DNA of 29,078 bases from Methanosaeta sp. UBA204. Its GTDB lineage: Archaea > Halobacteriota > Methanosarcinia > Methanotrichales > Methanotrichaceae. The notes under the pieces were generated by a model, which saw only the letters and a program-made list of their open reading frames with translations, was not told the DNA's origin and ran no database searches. The DNA lies in contig DAOG01000139.1 of assembly GCA_002501765.1 (NCBI GenBank), positions 3,179 to 32,256 on the forward strand, given 5' to 3'. Position numbers and translations under genes: made by a program. Positions 17,056 to 27,600 of the stretch are shown piece after piece (position 1 is the stretch's first letter; every line of letters starts with the position of its first letter).

Positions 17056-17427
17056 ATGAAACCGAACCGATCGATATCGGTCTTGCTTGCTGTCTCTCTC
17101 CTGGCCCTGTGTGCAGGCTGCCTGGACCAGGAGCCCGAGAGCATTCGAGAAGGCCCGGACGAGAGACTTGAGGTGGCCATAACATCGCCTTTTACGGGAT
17201 CGATCTTCTCCGGAGACGAGAAGATAATCTTCGATTCCAATGTAAAAGACGGGCAGAAGCCCTATACCTACGCCTGGAGCTCGGCTTTGGGCGGGACCCT
17301 GTCAAAAGAGAAATCTTTCAAGACGCGCTCCTCCGAGATCGATAAGGGCACCTATGTAATCGTTCTCAGTGTTACCGATTCCTCCGGAGACGAGGAACAG
17401 GCCAGCATCACGATTACCGTTCTGTGA
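17056..17427 (+). CDS. Small lipoprotein with a PKD-like beta domain
   Basis: Lipobox-type signal (LLAVSLLALCAGC) followed by I.SP..G, YTYAWSS and LSVTDSSG...ASITITV. Confidence 0.75.
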   Translation: MKPNRSISVLLAVSLLALCAGCLDQEPESIREGPDERLEVAITSPFTGSIFSGDEKIIFDSNVKDGQKPYTYAWSSALGGTLSKEKSFKTRSSEIDKGTYVIVLSVTDSSGDEEQASITITVL

Positions 17428-17428
17428 T

Positions 17429-18181
17429 TCATAGCATCGCCTCGTCGAGGGCCTCGCCACACCGGCAAGACCGCACCTCCGGTATCTTGGGCAGAGCATG
17501 AGAGATTATATCTCTCAGCCGGTCGATGCTCTCGGCCATCTGGTCAAGAACCTCGGTGATGGTCAGAGCGTCTTTCTTCATCCCGGCGGCGACGTTGGTC
17601 ACCACGCAGATCGTGGCGTAACAGAGCCCCAGTTCCCTGGCCAGAACCACCTCAGGATAGCCGGTCATGCCCACCACATCACCAAAGTTTCTGATCATCC
17701 CGATCTGAGCCGGCGTCTCCAGATGAGGACCTTCGGTGCAGACGTAGATCCCGTCGTGGGGCTCCATTCCTGTGGCCTTTACCCCTTCCTTGAGCGCAGC
17801 CCTGAGCTGGGGACAGTACGGGTCTGTCATATCCACGTGGACCGCCCTATGCTCGAAGAAGGTCGCTGGCCGAGACCTGGTGAACTCCACGAAGTCATGA
17901 GGCACGACAAAACTGCCCACCTGGTGCCAGGACATGGTTCCCACGGTGTTGGTGGATATGACCCGTCTTGCGCCGGATTTTTTTGCCGCGCAGAGAATGG
18001 CCCTGTAGCTCACCATGTGAGGAGGTAGGTGGTCTTCGCCATGACGGGGTATGAAGAGAACCTCTCTCCCCGCCAGGGCGACCTCCTCTGCCTTCACCTT
18101 ACCGTAGGGGGTCTTCATGTATACTTCCTCACCCCCCAGGTCGATCCCCACGCCGCCGATCAGAGTGATATCCGCTCTCAT
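17429..18181 (-). CDS. mtnP: MTAP/MTIP-family purine nucleoside phosphorylase
   Basis: LIGGVG, TPYG, FIPRHG..H.LPPH, HVDMTDPYCP, EGPHLETPAQI and DVVGMTGYPEVVLARELGLCYA motifs. Start reset to ATG 18181. Confidence 0.9.
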   Translation of the reverse strand: MRADITLIGGVGIDLGGEEVYMKTPYGKVKAEEVALAGREVLFIPRHGEDHLPPHMVSYRAILCAAKKSGARRVISTNTVGTMSWHQVGSFVVPHDFVEFTRSRPATFFEHRAVHVDMTDPYCPQLRAALKEGVKATGMEPHDGIYVCTEGPHLETPAQIGMIRNFGDVVGMTGYPEVVLARELGLCYATICVVTNVAAGMKKDALTITEVLDQMAESIDRLRDIISHALPKIPEVRSCRCGEALDEAML

Positions 18182-18303
18182 GTCTTCAACATGGGGTCCG
18201 ACGCTTAAAGCAATTTTCCCGGAATATCCGAAATGCGATGCACAGATACAGCGAAACCTACATAAGGGCACATGAAGGCTGTTGCCTGGGATGAACCGGT
18301 CTC

Positions 18304-18310
18304 TTAAATA
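18304..18310 (+). promoter_or_regulatory. Candidate TATA box for the aRF1-mtnA run
   Basis: TTAAATA in the divergent mtnP/prf1 intergenic region. Confidence 0.45.
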
Positions 18311-18362
18311 ACCCCTCTATACGATGATAAGGAGACCAGGGATCCCTTTGAGGAGATATCCG

Positions 18363-19604
18363 ATGGAGTTTACCGCACAACAGAGGTACGAGTTCAAGCG
18401 TGTGCTCGAAGATCTGAAAAGCAAGACGGGCAGGGGGACGGAGCTAATCTCGCTCTACATTCCGCCAGACAAACAGATATTCGACGTCACCTCCCAGCTC
18501 CGGGACGAGCTCGGCCAAGCCTCAAACATCAAGTCCAAGCTAACGCGCACCAACGTTCAGAGCGCGCTCGATTCGGCGCTGTCCAGGCTCCGCCTGATCC
18601 CGAAACCGCCCGAGAACGGCGTGGTCCTCTTCATCGGAATCGTCGACGTGGGAAGTAACAAGACCAGCATGTACAACAAGGTTCTGGAGCCACCTGAGCC
18701 CATCATCACCTACAAGTACCATTGCGATTCCTCTTTCCTCCTCGATCCTCTGGAAGATATGTTGGCCGATAAGAAGACCTTCGGCCTGATAGTCCTCGAT
18801 CGGCGGGAAGCCACCGTGGGCATCCTGAAGGGAAAACATATCGATACCGGCAAGCATCTCAGATCCACCGTTCCCGGAAAGCAGAGGAAGGGCGGTCAGA
18901 GCAGCAGGAGGTTCCAGCAGCTCAGGCTGATAGCAATCCACGACTTCTACAAGAGGATCGGCGAGGCTGCCAACGACGCCTTTCTCCCCATCGACCGCAA
19001 GGATCTTCAAGGGATACTGGTCGGCGGGCCTTCGCCCACCAAGGAGGAGTTTGTGGGCGGCGAGTTCCTCCATCATGAACTCCAGCAGAAGATGCTGGGC
19101 GCCATGGACATATCCTACACAGACGAGTCGGGTCTCCCCGAGCTGGTGGAAGCCGCCCAGGACCGGCTCCTGGACCTGGAGCTGACCCAGGAGAAGCTGG
19201 TCATGAGGCGGTTCATGAAGGAGCTGGTCAACGATAAGGGCCTTGCCTCTTACGGGGAGAAAGAGGTCAGAGAGAACCTCCTGCTGGGCGCGGTCGATAC
19301 CCTGCTCCTCTCGGAGGATCTGCGCAAGACTCGCGCCCGGATCGAGTGTACCAGCAGCAGCTGCAACTTCTCAGAAGAGGTTACCAGGTCGCCCGCGACG
19401 CCACCGCCTGAGAACTGCCCCAGGTGCGGATCATCCCTGATGGTCGTCGATGAGGTAGACCTCGTCATCGACCTATCCAACCTGGCAGAACAGAGCGGGA
19501 GCAAGGTCAAGATAATATCTTCGGACTTCGAGGAGGGTGCCCAGCTCTACAAGGCCTTCGGCGGGATGGCGGCCATTCTGCGGTACAGGACAAGTAACAT
19601 TTAA
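18363..19604 (+). CDS. prf1: Peptide chain release factor aRF1
   Basis: GRGTELISLYIPP, ASNIKS (NIKS), YxCxxxF-like YKYHCDSSF and KGGQSSRRF (GGQ) motifs, plus a C-terminal Zn-ribbon insert. Start likely ATG 18363. Confidence 0.98.
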   Translation: MEFTAQQRYEFKRVLEDLKSKTGRGTELISLYIPPDKQIFDVTSQLRDELGQASNIKSKLTRTNVQSALDSALSRLRLIPKPPENGVVLFIGIVDVGSNKTSMYNKVLEPPEPIITYKYHCDSSFLLDPLEDMLADKKTFGLIVLDRREATVGILKGKHIDTGKHLRSTVPGKQRKGGQSSRRFQQLRLIAIHDFYKRIGEAANDAFLPIDRKDLQGILVGGPSPTKEEFVGGEFLHHELQQKMLGAMDISYTDESGLPELVEAAQDRLLDLELTQEKLVMRRFMKELVNDKGLASYGEKEVRENLLLGAVDTLLLSEDLRKTRARIECTSSSCNFSEEVTRSPATPPPENCPRCGSSLMVVDEVDLVIDLSNLAEQSGSKVKIISSDFEEGAQLYKAFGGMAAILRYRTSNI

Positions 19605-19612
19605 GCCTGGAT

Positions 19613-20050
19613 GTGTCAGAGATGCAACTTAATATGGATAAGATAGAGGTATCCGTCTCCGCCGCGGTGAGACCCACAGAAAGTCTGGAGAAGGTGGTCG
19701 GAGCCTTGGAGAACATATTTCCCGGCCAGACCCTGGTGATCGAAGATGATCAACTCAAGGCCACGGGCGGCCTGGGATCTCTGAGAAACTTCCACAGGCT
19801 GCTGAGAGAAGAGCACATACTGGACGCCGCCAGGTCGGTGATGCTCAAGGGACTGATCGAAGACGCTGTCTTGTTCAGGCTGAGCAAGCAGGCAGCCGCC
19901 GCCGGAAGGATAAACTTCCCGCCAGATGAAGAGCCTCTGGGATCGGTACACGTCCAGATCAAAGGGCACGACCGGCTGATCGACTGGCTGGCACCCGAGA
20001 CGGCAGATGGAAGACCGATAGAGAAGATCGAACTGGATGACCATGATTAG
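19613..20050 (+). CDS. UPF0201/DUF54 RNA-binding-domain protein
   Basis: VRPTESLEKV..ALENIFP, LLREEHILDAARSVM, LSKQAAAAGRINF and LIDWLAPET.DGRP motifs. The start may be ATG 19634. Confidence 0.88.
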   Translation: MSEMQLNMDKIEVSVSAAVRPTESLEKVVGALENIFPGQTLVIEDDQLKATGGLGSLRNFHRLLREEHILDAARSVMLKGLIEDAVLFRLSKQAAAAGRINFPPDEEPLGSVHVQIKGHDRLIDWLAPETADGRPIEKIELDDHD

Positions 20051-20813
20051 CTTCTCGTCGAGCGCGCTGGTGGACAGGCCCTTCGACTGGGCCTATGAGC
20101 TGGAAGATCTCGGGTACACCGGATGGGAAATTGTGAACGAGGGGAGGCAGAGGCTGACTTCGGAGACCCTGAACCTGGCCAGAGATATAGCAGATACCAC
20201 CAGCCTGGTGATCACCATCCACCTGCCCTACTCGGACCTGAACCTGGCCAGCATGAACCAGCCCATCCAGGAGGAGTCGGTGAGGCAGACGAACGCATGT
20301 CTCGACCTGGCATACGAGTTCAGCCGCCTGGCGGTGGTCCATCCCGGCCGTCTATCGCCCCTGGGCAAGCAGATGCCCGACCGGGCCTGGGAGCAGAACA
20401 TCCAGGGGTTGCAGCGGATCTGCGATCATGCCGCCGATCTGGATATGGTTGTGGCGGTGGAAAACATGCCGAACATAGAGTCGCTGTTCGGGAGGACGCC
20501 GGGGGAGATTTTGGGAATGTTGGAGAACGTGAACCGGGAGAACCTCGGTTTCGTCTTCGATGTGGGTCATGCCAACACCAATGATAACGTGGACCAGTTC
20601 CTGGAGATCAAAGATAAGATAATTCACGTCCACGTCCATGACAACCATGGTGAGAGAGACGAGCATCTTCCCATCGACTGGGGCACCGTAAACTGGGAGA
20701 AGGTGATCGGTGTGCTTAACGGCTACACTGGCCGGTTCATAACCGAAGCCCGGACCCTCATCGAGGGCGAGAAGAGCATGAGAAAGCTGAAGCAGTACCT
20801 GGACCGGTGCTGA
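20037..20813 (+). CDS. Sugar phosphate isomerase/epimerase (AP endonuclease 2-type TIM barrel)
   Basis: IHLPYSDLNLAS, VVHPG, VAVENMP, FDVGHAN and HVHVHDNHGERDEHLPI metal-binding motifs. Confidence 0.9.
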   Translation: MTMISFSSSALVDRPFDWAYELEDLGYTGWEIVNEGRQRLTSETLNLARDIADTTSLVITIHLPYSDLNLASMNQPIQEESVRQTNACLDLAYEFSRLAVVHPGRLSPLGKQMPDRAWEQNIQGLQRICDHAADLDMVVAVENMPNIESLFGRTPGEILGMLENVNRENLGFVFDVGHANTNDNVDQFLEIKDKIIHVHVHDNHGERDEHLPIDWGTVNWEKVIGVLNGYTGRFITEARTLIEGEKSMRKLKQYLDRC

Positions 20814-20909
20814 GATGTCACCCTTCGACTATTCCAACGTCATGAGGCGGAGATCAGGCACCAGAAATTGGAGGATAAACTTAAAGAAGCCGATCACAGA
20901 CTCTGACCC

Positions 20910-22523
20910 ATGAAGTTCGATCCAGCCCGGATAAGAGAGGCTGCCAACGAGGACTTCGACGCCGCCTGGCAGCAGGGAACGAAGTTTGTCGAGAAACCTG
21001 TCCTGAACGATCGCTATCCCAGACGCGCCTATCTTTACGGGACGCCTCATCCCATATTCGAGGTCATCCACCAGCTGAGGGAGGCCTACCTCCGGCTCGG
21101 CTTCGACGAGGCCATGAACCCCTTGATAGTGGAAGACCAGGAGGTGTACAAACAGTTCGGGGGCGAGGCCCTGGCGGTACTGGATCGATGTTTCTATCTG
21201 GCAGGGCTTCCCCGGCCCGATGTGGGCATATCCGACGACCGGGTCAGGTCGATCGACGAGATCCTGGGCCGGGAACTTTCCGCCGACGATGTGGAGACGA
21301 TACGCCAGATCCTCCACGGCTACAAGAAAGGGACCGTGGAGGGGGACGACCTGGTCCCGGAGATGGCCCGGTCGCTGGGCGCGTCCGACGCCCTGATATC
21401 TACTCTTCTGGAGAAGGTCTTCCCCGAGTTCAAAGATATCAAGCCCGAGCCCACCACCAGGACCCTCCGCAGCCACATGACCTCCGGTTGGTTTTTGACC
21501 CTGTCTGCCATCCACCAGAGATCGAAGCTGCCGGTGAGACTGTTCTCCGTCGACAAGTGTTTCCGGCGGGAGCAGTCGGAGGATGCTGCCAGGCTGATGA
21601 CCTACCACTCGGCCAGCTGTGTGATCATGGACGAGGAGATCGCAATCGATGACGGGAAGGCGATAGCCGACAGCCTTCTTAGCCAATTCGGGTTTGAGAA
21701 GTTCAAGTTCCTGCCCGACGATAAGAGGAGCAAGTACTACGTGCCCGATACCCAGATCGAGGTCTACGCCTACCATCCAGGCCTGGTGGGGTCGAGCACC
21801 AAGTACAGCACCGGATGGGTGGAGCTGGCCACCTTCGGGATCTATTCCCCCACGGCTCTCTCCAAGTACGATATACCCTATCCTGTGATGAACCTGGGCC
21901 TTGGCGTTGAACGGATCGCCATGATTCTTCACAACGCCACCGACGTTAGGGCTCTCTCTTATCCACAGTTCTACGCCCCCTGGAGCCTATCGCCCAGGAA
22001 GATGGTACGGATGATCGAGGTGGACGCAACGCCGATCACCGCCGAAGGCAGAGAGATCGCAGAGGCGATCGTCCGGACCTGTCATGAACATGGCGATGCG
22101 CCCTCACCATGCGAGTTCCAGGCCTGGGAAGGGAAGCTTTACGGACACAACGTGGTGGTCTCTGTGGTGGAGCCCGAGGAGAATACCAAGCTCTGCGGAC
22201 CTGCCTACCAGAACGAGGTATTGGTCTACAAGGAGAACATCCTGGGGGTGCCCAGAATACCCAGGTGGGAAGAGGCGTTCGAAGACGGTGTGTCCTCAGG
22301 GATAAGGTTCGTAGACGCCTTTGCCGAACTTGCTTCTTGCGAAATAGAGGTTGCCGCGTTGCGAGGCGAGGGCACAGAGACCAGGGTGAGGATAGTGCGG
22401 GGGCCGGGAGATGTGAACCTCAGGGTCGATCCTGCCCTGGAGAGGTACATCACCAGCTACAAACGGAAGATAGACGTCAGGGGGCCTGTCTTTACCACGG
22501 TGAAGAGCAAGGTTCTGGGCTGA
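20910..22523 (+). CDS. sepS: O-phosphoseryl-tRNA(Cys) synthetase SepRS
   Basis: QLREAYLRLGFDEAMNP, VLDRCFYLAGLPRPDVG, TLRSHMTSGWF, FSVDKCFRREQ.ED, YHSAS, SKYYVP and NLGLGVERIAM motifs. Confidence 0.98.
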   Translation: MKFDPARIREAANEDFDAAWQQGTKFVEKPVLNDRYPRRAYLYGTPHPIFEVIHQLREAYLRLGFDEAMNPLIVEDQEVYKQFGGEALAVLDRCFYLAGLPRPDVGISDDRVRSIDEILGRELSADDVETIRQILHGYKKGTVEGDDLVPEMARSLGASDALISTLLEKVFPEFKDIKPEPTTRTLRSHMTSGWFLTLSAIHQRSKLPVRLFSVDKCFRREQSEDAARLMTYHSASCVIMDEEIAIDDGKAIADSLLSQFGFEKFKFLPDDKRSKYYVPDTQIEVYAYHPGLVGSSTKYSTGWVELATFGIYSPTALSKYDIPYPVMNLGLGVERIAMILHNATDVRALSYPQFYAPWSLSPRKMVRMIEVDATPITAEGREIAEAIVRTCHEHGDAPSPCEFQAWEGKLYGHNVVVSVVEPEENTKLCGPAYQNEVLVYKENILGVPRIPRWEEAFEDGVSSGIRFVDAFAELASCEIEVAALRGEGTETRVRIVRGPGDVNLRVDPALERYITSYKRKIDVRGPVFTTVKSKVLG

Positions 22524-22535
22524 GGTGGGTCCGAA

Positions 22536-23228
22536 ATGAGAACGCTTGATTCTAACCTGGAGGAGAAGAGGGCTGCCGGAGAGGCTGCGGCAGACCTGGT
22601 GCGAGACGGCATGGTCATCGGTCTTGGAACGGGATCTACCGTCGCCTGGACCATACGGCGGATCGGAGAGATGGTGGACTGGGACGAGGACGAGGGGATC
22701 GATATCCTTGGGGTTCCCACCTCTTACCAGGCCCAGGAGCTGGCCATCTCTTGTGGCGTACCCCTGACTACTCTGGAACAGCACCCGGTGCTGGACCTGG
22801 CCATAGACGGGGCAGACCAGATAGATCGCAACCTGGTGGCCATAAAAGGCGGCGGAGGGGCTCATGCCCGGGAGAAGGTGGTATCCTACTCGGCCCGGTG
22901 GTTCGTGATCGTGGCCGACGCCTCCAAGCGCGCAGAGGTTCTGGACAGACCTGTGCCTCTGGAAGTTCTGCCCATCGCCGCCAGCCTGGTGGAACGTCTG
23001 GTGAAAAAGATGGGAGGCGTGCCAAAGATACGCCAGGCCAAGATGAAGGACGGACCTGTGATCACCGATAACGGGAACCTGGTGGTCGATGTCGATTTCG
23101 GGATCATAGAGGATCCCAGGGGCCTGGCGTCAGAGCTCTCTGCTCTTCCGGGCGTTCTGGAGCACGGCATATTCGATAACGTGGACCAGCTCGTTCTTGG
23201 TCCGGGAAAGGTCATCGATCGCAGGTGA
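22536..23228 (+). CDS. rpiA: Ribose-5-phosphate isomerase A
   Basis: [36 protein letters not shown] and ITDNGN motifs. Confidence 0.97.
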   Translation: MRTLDSNLEEKRAAGEAAADLVRDGMVIGLGTGSTVAWTIRRIGEMVDWDEDEGIDILGVPTSYQAQELAISCGVPLTTLEQHPVLDLAIDGADQIDRNLVAIKGGGGAHAREKVVSYSARWFVIVADASKRAEVLDRPVPLEVLPIAASLVERLVKKMGGVPKIRQAKMKDGPVITDNGNLVVDVDFGIIEDPRGLASELSALPGVLEHGIFDNVDQLVLGPGKVIDRR

Positions 23229-24244
23229 GAGACGTGAGAACCATCTGGTGGGACGACGGCATCCGGATGATCGACCAGACCCGGCTGCCTGCCGAGCTGG
23301 TGACGATCAAGATCGAGACCGTCCAGGACCTCTGCGAGGCCATACTTTCTCTTCGGATCAGAGGAGCGCCCGCATTGGGCGCGGCAGGAGCCTATGGGGT
23401 GGCATTGGCAGCGATCTGTTCTCGTTCGATCGCGCCGGAAGACCTTCTGAGAGACCTCGATCGTGCCGGCGATATTATCAAGAGCACCAGGCCCACCGCG
23501 GTGAACCTGTCCTGGGGTGTAGACCGGGTCAGAAAGGCGGTGGCGGGCGCGGATGATGCCGACGCCGACGAGATCAGAGATGCTGCCCTAAATGAGGCGG
23601 AGCGTGTGGCCGACGAGGATGTCGCCGTCAACAGGGCTCTGGGCGATATCGGCGCCGAGCTCCTGGAAGATGGTGACGTTGTATTGACCCACTGCAACGC
23701 CGGCAGGCTGGCCTGTGTGGACTGGGGCACGGCCCTGGGGGTGATCAGGTCTGCCACAGAGCAGGGGAAGGATATCAGGGTCTACGCCTGCGAGACGAGG
23801 CCCCTCAACCAGGGGAGCAGGCTGACCGCATGGGAGCTGGTGGAGGACAAGATCCCGGCGACCCTGATCTGTGACAGCATGGCGGGGATGGTGATGCGTC
23901 AGGGTCTGGTGAACAAGGTCATAGTGGGCGCCGATCGGATCACCTGCGATGCCGTCTTCAACAAGGTGGGGACATACGCTCATGCCGTCCTGGCCAAAGA
24001 GCACGGGATTCCCTTCTATGTGGTCGCGCCACTCTCCACCTTCGATCTGGGCCAAAGAGAGGAGGATATAGTCATCGAAGAGAGAGATCCAGACGAGGTC
24101 AGGTGGGCGGGCGGTGTTCAGCTGGCGCCGTCGAAGGTGAAGGTCTACAACCCGGCCTTCGATGCTACGCCTCTGGATAAGGTGACCGGTATCATAACCG
24201 AGAAGGGGATAATCGAGCGGGCGGATATGGTGCGGGGATTGTAG
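23225..24244 (+). CDS. mtnA: S-methyl-5-thioribose-1-phosphate isomerase
   Basis: [61 protein letters not shown] and YNPAFDATP motifs; GTGA overlap with rpiA. Confidence 0.95.
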   Translation: MRDVRTIWWDDGIRMIDQTRLPAELVTIKIETVQDLCEAILSLRIRGAPALGAAGAYGVALAAICSRSIAPEDLLRDLDRAGDIIKSTRPTAVNLSWGVDRVRKAVAGADDADADEIRDAALNEAERVADEDVAVNRALGDIGAELLEDGDVVLTHCNAGRLACVDWGTALGVIRSATEQGKDIRVYACETRPLNQGSRLTAWELVEDKIPATLICDSMAGMVMRQGLVNKVIVGADRITCDAVFNKVGTYAHAVLAKEHGIPFYVVAPLSTFDLGQREEDIVIEERDPDEVRWAGGVQLAPSKVKVYNPAFDATPLDKVTGIITEKGIIERADMVRGL

Positions 24245-24492
24245 GATCGGGTCTTCTTTGGGTGTAAAACCGCGATGAGCGGCGCCGTCCATGCAGTCCA
24301 AGATGCCTGTCTTCTCTCTCGGCGGTTGATATACTGGATCGTCACTCTGGTGATGCTAGAGGAAGTGGAAGAGGCCTTCGGCATCGTGACCGGCTACTCT
24401 GGGCGAGGTGGCTTCTCAAACTATTGTCCAATGACATATCCTCAAGATTGATTTGAGCTGCTTATTAGGGTACTTGAATAGTTACGAACTTT

Positions 24493-24549
24493 TTTTGATT
24501 TTTAATCAAAACCAAACTTTGTTAGCATAGATTATTTTACTACCTAACA
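24493..24549. promoter_or_regulatory. Two inverted repeats upstream of the cobN-like gene (candidate operators)
   Basis: TTTTGATT-TTT-AATCAAAA (24493-24511) and TGTTAG-N18-CTAACA (24520-24549) in an AT-rich intergenic region. Confidence 0.4.
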
Positions 24550-24680
24550 TAATAGACGTCAACATTGAGAGATGAAGATGGATGCCGGCATTGATTTCAT
24601 ATTATTGAAGATATACAAACCTATCGCCGAGGTACTATCTAGGTGCAACATATCTAAAAAATGATAAATGAGGACTGCTG

Positions 24681-27600
24681 ATGGAATTATACGCTATAAA
24701 ACGTACGCGAAGATCTGCGCCGACAACACGGTCGGTTGCACTCCTATTCCTGGTGCTCTTAATTGTGCCGTTATCCGCAGCTGCACAGCCCGGAGGGGAT
24801 AGGATAATCTTCGTTCTGGGATCAGATGAGAACTGGGATTCGCTGAATAACGCGTCGGCGAATGCCACGGTCGAAGTTGAGATATACAATGCATCTCAGG
24901 CCAGGCTAAAGGACTTTGGCGATGAGAGCGTTGTATTTCTCGCTTCTCTTGATAACGAGACCGTTGAGAGCATAAGCGGGTCGATGAACAGCAGTGCTCA
25001 TATCTTTGCATATAACTTGAGCTCCAACATCAGCATCGGAAACGTGGATGATGCAAACATCACCAGTTATTGGGTCTATGGCGGCGATGAGAATATTGAG
25101 AATCTGATCATCTATATGGATAATAGATTCTACGGGAATACGACTGCAGTAGACCCTCCGAAGCCGCCTGAGGATAGGGTGAAGATCGCCTTCGTAGCAG
25201 CTTATTTTTATAATATAGAGGAAGCGGGAAAAGATCCCTATATTTCAAGATCGATCAATGTGACGATACATTACATTTCAGAAGACGACCCCGCATCTTT
25301 TGAAAACCTCAATCTGAGCGACCGAAAGGTCATATACCTTACTCATATTGGAGTTCCAACTCAGGCGGGAATAAAAGATACGGTGGAAGCGGCGAAGACT
25401 AACGGTGCATATGTTATAGCCTCGAATTTTGCGGACGTACACAATCTTGGGAATGTGAATCTATCGGATCCAGAATACGCTGATATTGAAGAGTACTGGA
25501 AATATGGAGAATTTCCCTCAGATATCGGTGAAGAGAATATGAAACGTCTGTTAACTTTCTTAGGCGTGAAATTCTGTAATTTGAGCGCCGAGATATTGCC
25601 ACCACTGCCATTACCCATATATGGCTTATATCATCCGGATGCGCCAAAGGTCTTTACCGAGACCGGTGAATACATGACATGGTATAAATCAACCGGAAGG
25701 TACAACGCCTCCAACGTTACGGTAGGTATCCAGTACATATATGTCCCTCCGAAGGGTGGCATCACTCTTATGTACGATACCTTGATACGATCGCTTGAGT
25801 CAAATGGAGTAAATGTAATATATGCAACCTACTCCTACAAAGACCCGAATGGATCAAAGTATTTTATACAGGATAACAAATCCATTGTGGATGTTGTTAT
25901 TCTGTCCACTTCACACTCTCGGATGCATTATAAAAATCCGGAGAAGGCAATCGAGTATCTCCGGAATTTGAACGTTACTCCAATGCAACTCGTAACGACA
26001 TACTATACCCCGCCAGAGGTATGGGAGAACAATACCCGTGGGCTCAGCAAGAAAGAGGGTGCATGGGCTATTGCAATTCCAGAATTGGATGGGATTACCG
26101 AGTTCATATACGTTGCTGGAAATGCAATAGATCCAATTAGTGGTTCAAAATACAAGAAACCAATAGACTACCAGATCGATTGGCTAGCAGATAGAGCAGT
26201 CTCACGGGCACATCTTCACCGGATGAACAATTCAGAGAAGAAGATTGCGATAACATACTACAGCGAGGGTGGCGGTAAAGGAAGTGTCGGTGCAGACATA
26301 GATTATTACCTCGATGCTACATCGAGTTTGGCGAAGATGCTGGATGCGATGAAGGAGAGAGGATATGATGTTGGAACCGAACCGCTGCCAGACAAAACCG
26401 AACTCACTGAAATGATGCGGAATGAAAGCAATGTTGGAACATGGGCACAGGATATACTGACTGAGAGAGTGGAAAACGGAAGCATGATATTGATTCCGGA
26501 GAGTAAATATCTCGAATGGTTCGAGAGCATCCCTGACGATAAGCAGAACGAAACGATAGAGCGATGGGGTGCCCCACCTGGCGAGATAATGGTCTATGAA
26601 AACGAGACCGGAAAACATCTTGTCATCCCAAGGATTCAGTTCGGTAATGTGCTGCTTCTCCCGCATCCAACGTGGGGATTTGCGCAAAACGAGACCGTAA
26701 TGTATTATGAAGGCGCGATACCACCGCATCACCAGTATTTAGCATCTTATTTCTGGCTGAACAAGGAATTCGGGGCTGATGCACTATTCACGGTATTTTC
26801 ACAGATGACACTGATGCCAGGAAAAGCGGTTACGCCGTCGAGGTATGATTGGTCCGGGCTGCTCCTTCAGAACATGCCGCATATAAAGCCATATCCGATT
26901 CAGGCAGGGGATCCCAGAAGCAGCAAAGCAAAAACAAATGCGGTTGTTGTAGATTATATGCCGACAATCGTTCCATCCGGGCTATACTGGAATCTATCGA
27001 ATCTACAACGGACGATATCGCTGTATGAGACGGTAGAAGAAGGGGATGTGAAGGAAGGATATAAGAGCGAGATTATAGGAGAGTGCATAAACCTGAGTCT
27101 CGATCGCGATCTTGAGATAGACATCAATACAATAATAAACAACGCGACCGCGTTTGATAACTTTGTCAAGCGATTAGATGCTTATCTCAATGAGATAAAG
27201 GCAGAATATATACCATACGGTCCACACATACTGAGCGAACCTCCGACCAATGAAAGTCTGGTGGAATTGGTAGAGGCGATGCTTGGAGACGAATTCAAAG
27301 AGCATGTGTCTGTGATAAATGCTTCTGAAGGAGTTACTACGGAGTTGTTAACCGAGGTTCTGCTCAACGGTTCAATTCCGGTGGCTGCACAGGATGCCGT
27401 GTTGGAACAGCGATCGGATGAGATCACAGATGACCTGAATCTCTCGATGGAGTATGCGAACAGGATTGCTGGATGCAAGATCGAGATACCAAGGATATTG
27501 GATGCATTCGAGGGAAAATACATCCCACCAGGTCCCATGGATGATCCGATCAGGAATCCGGATGCTCTGCCAACCGGAAGAAACCCTCATGCCTTTGATC

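Noticed and set aside
20829-21932. Long antisense ORFs (also 2619-3542, 3349-4341, 5331-6191, 9109-9822, 23588-24301 and others)
   Set aside because: They lie opposite well-supported genes and have no recognisable motifs. Such shadows are expected in GC-rich coding DNA.
13000-22523. serA and sepS as a phosphoserine-to-Cys-tRNA cluster
   Set aside because: They are biochemically linked but on opposite strands, about 6 kb apart and separated by unrelated genes, so this is probably coincidental.
24275-24451. 58-aa ORF (MSGAVH...LEEVEEAFGIVTG...) between mtnA and the cobN-like gene
   Set aside because: It is short with no recognisable homology or RBS, so it cannot be distinguished from a chance ORF or gene fragment.
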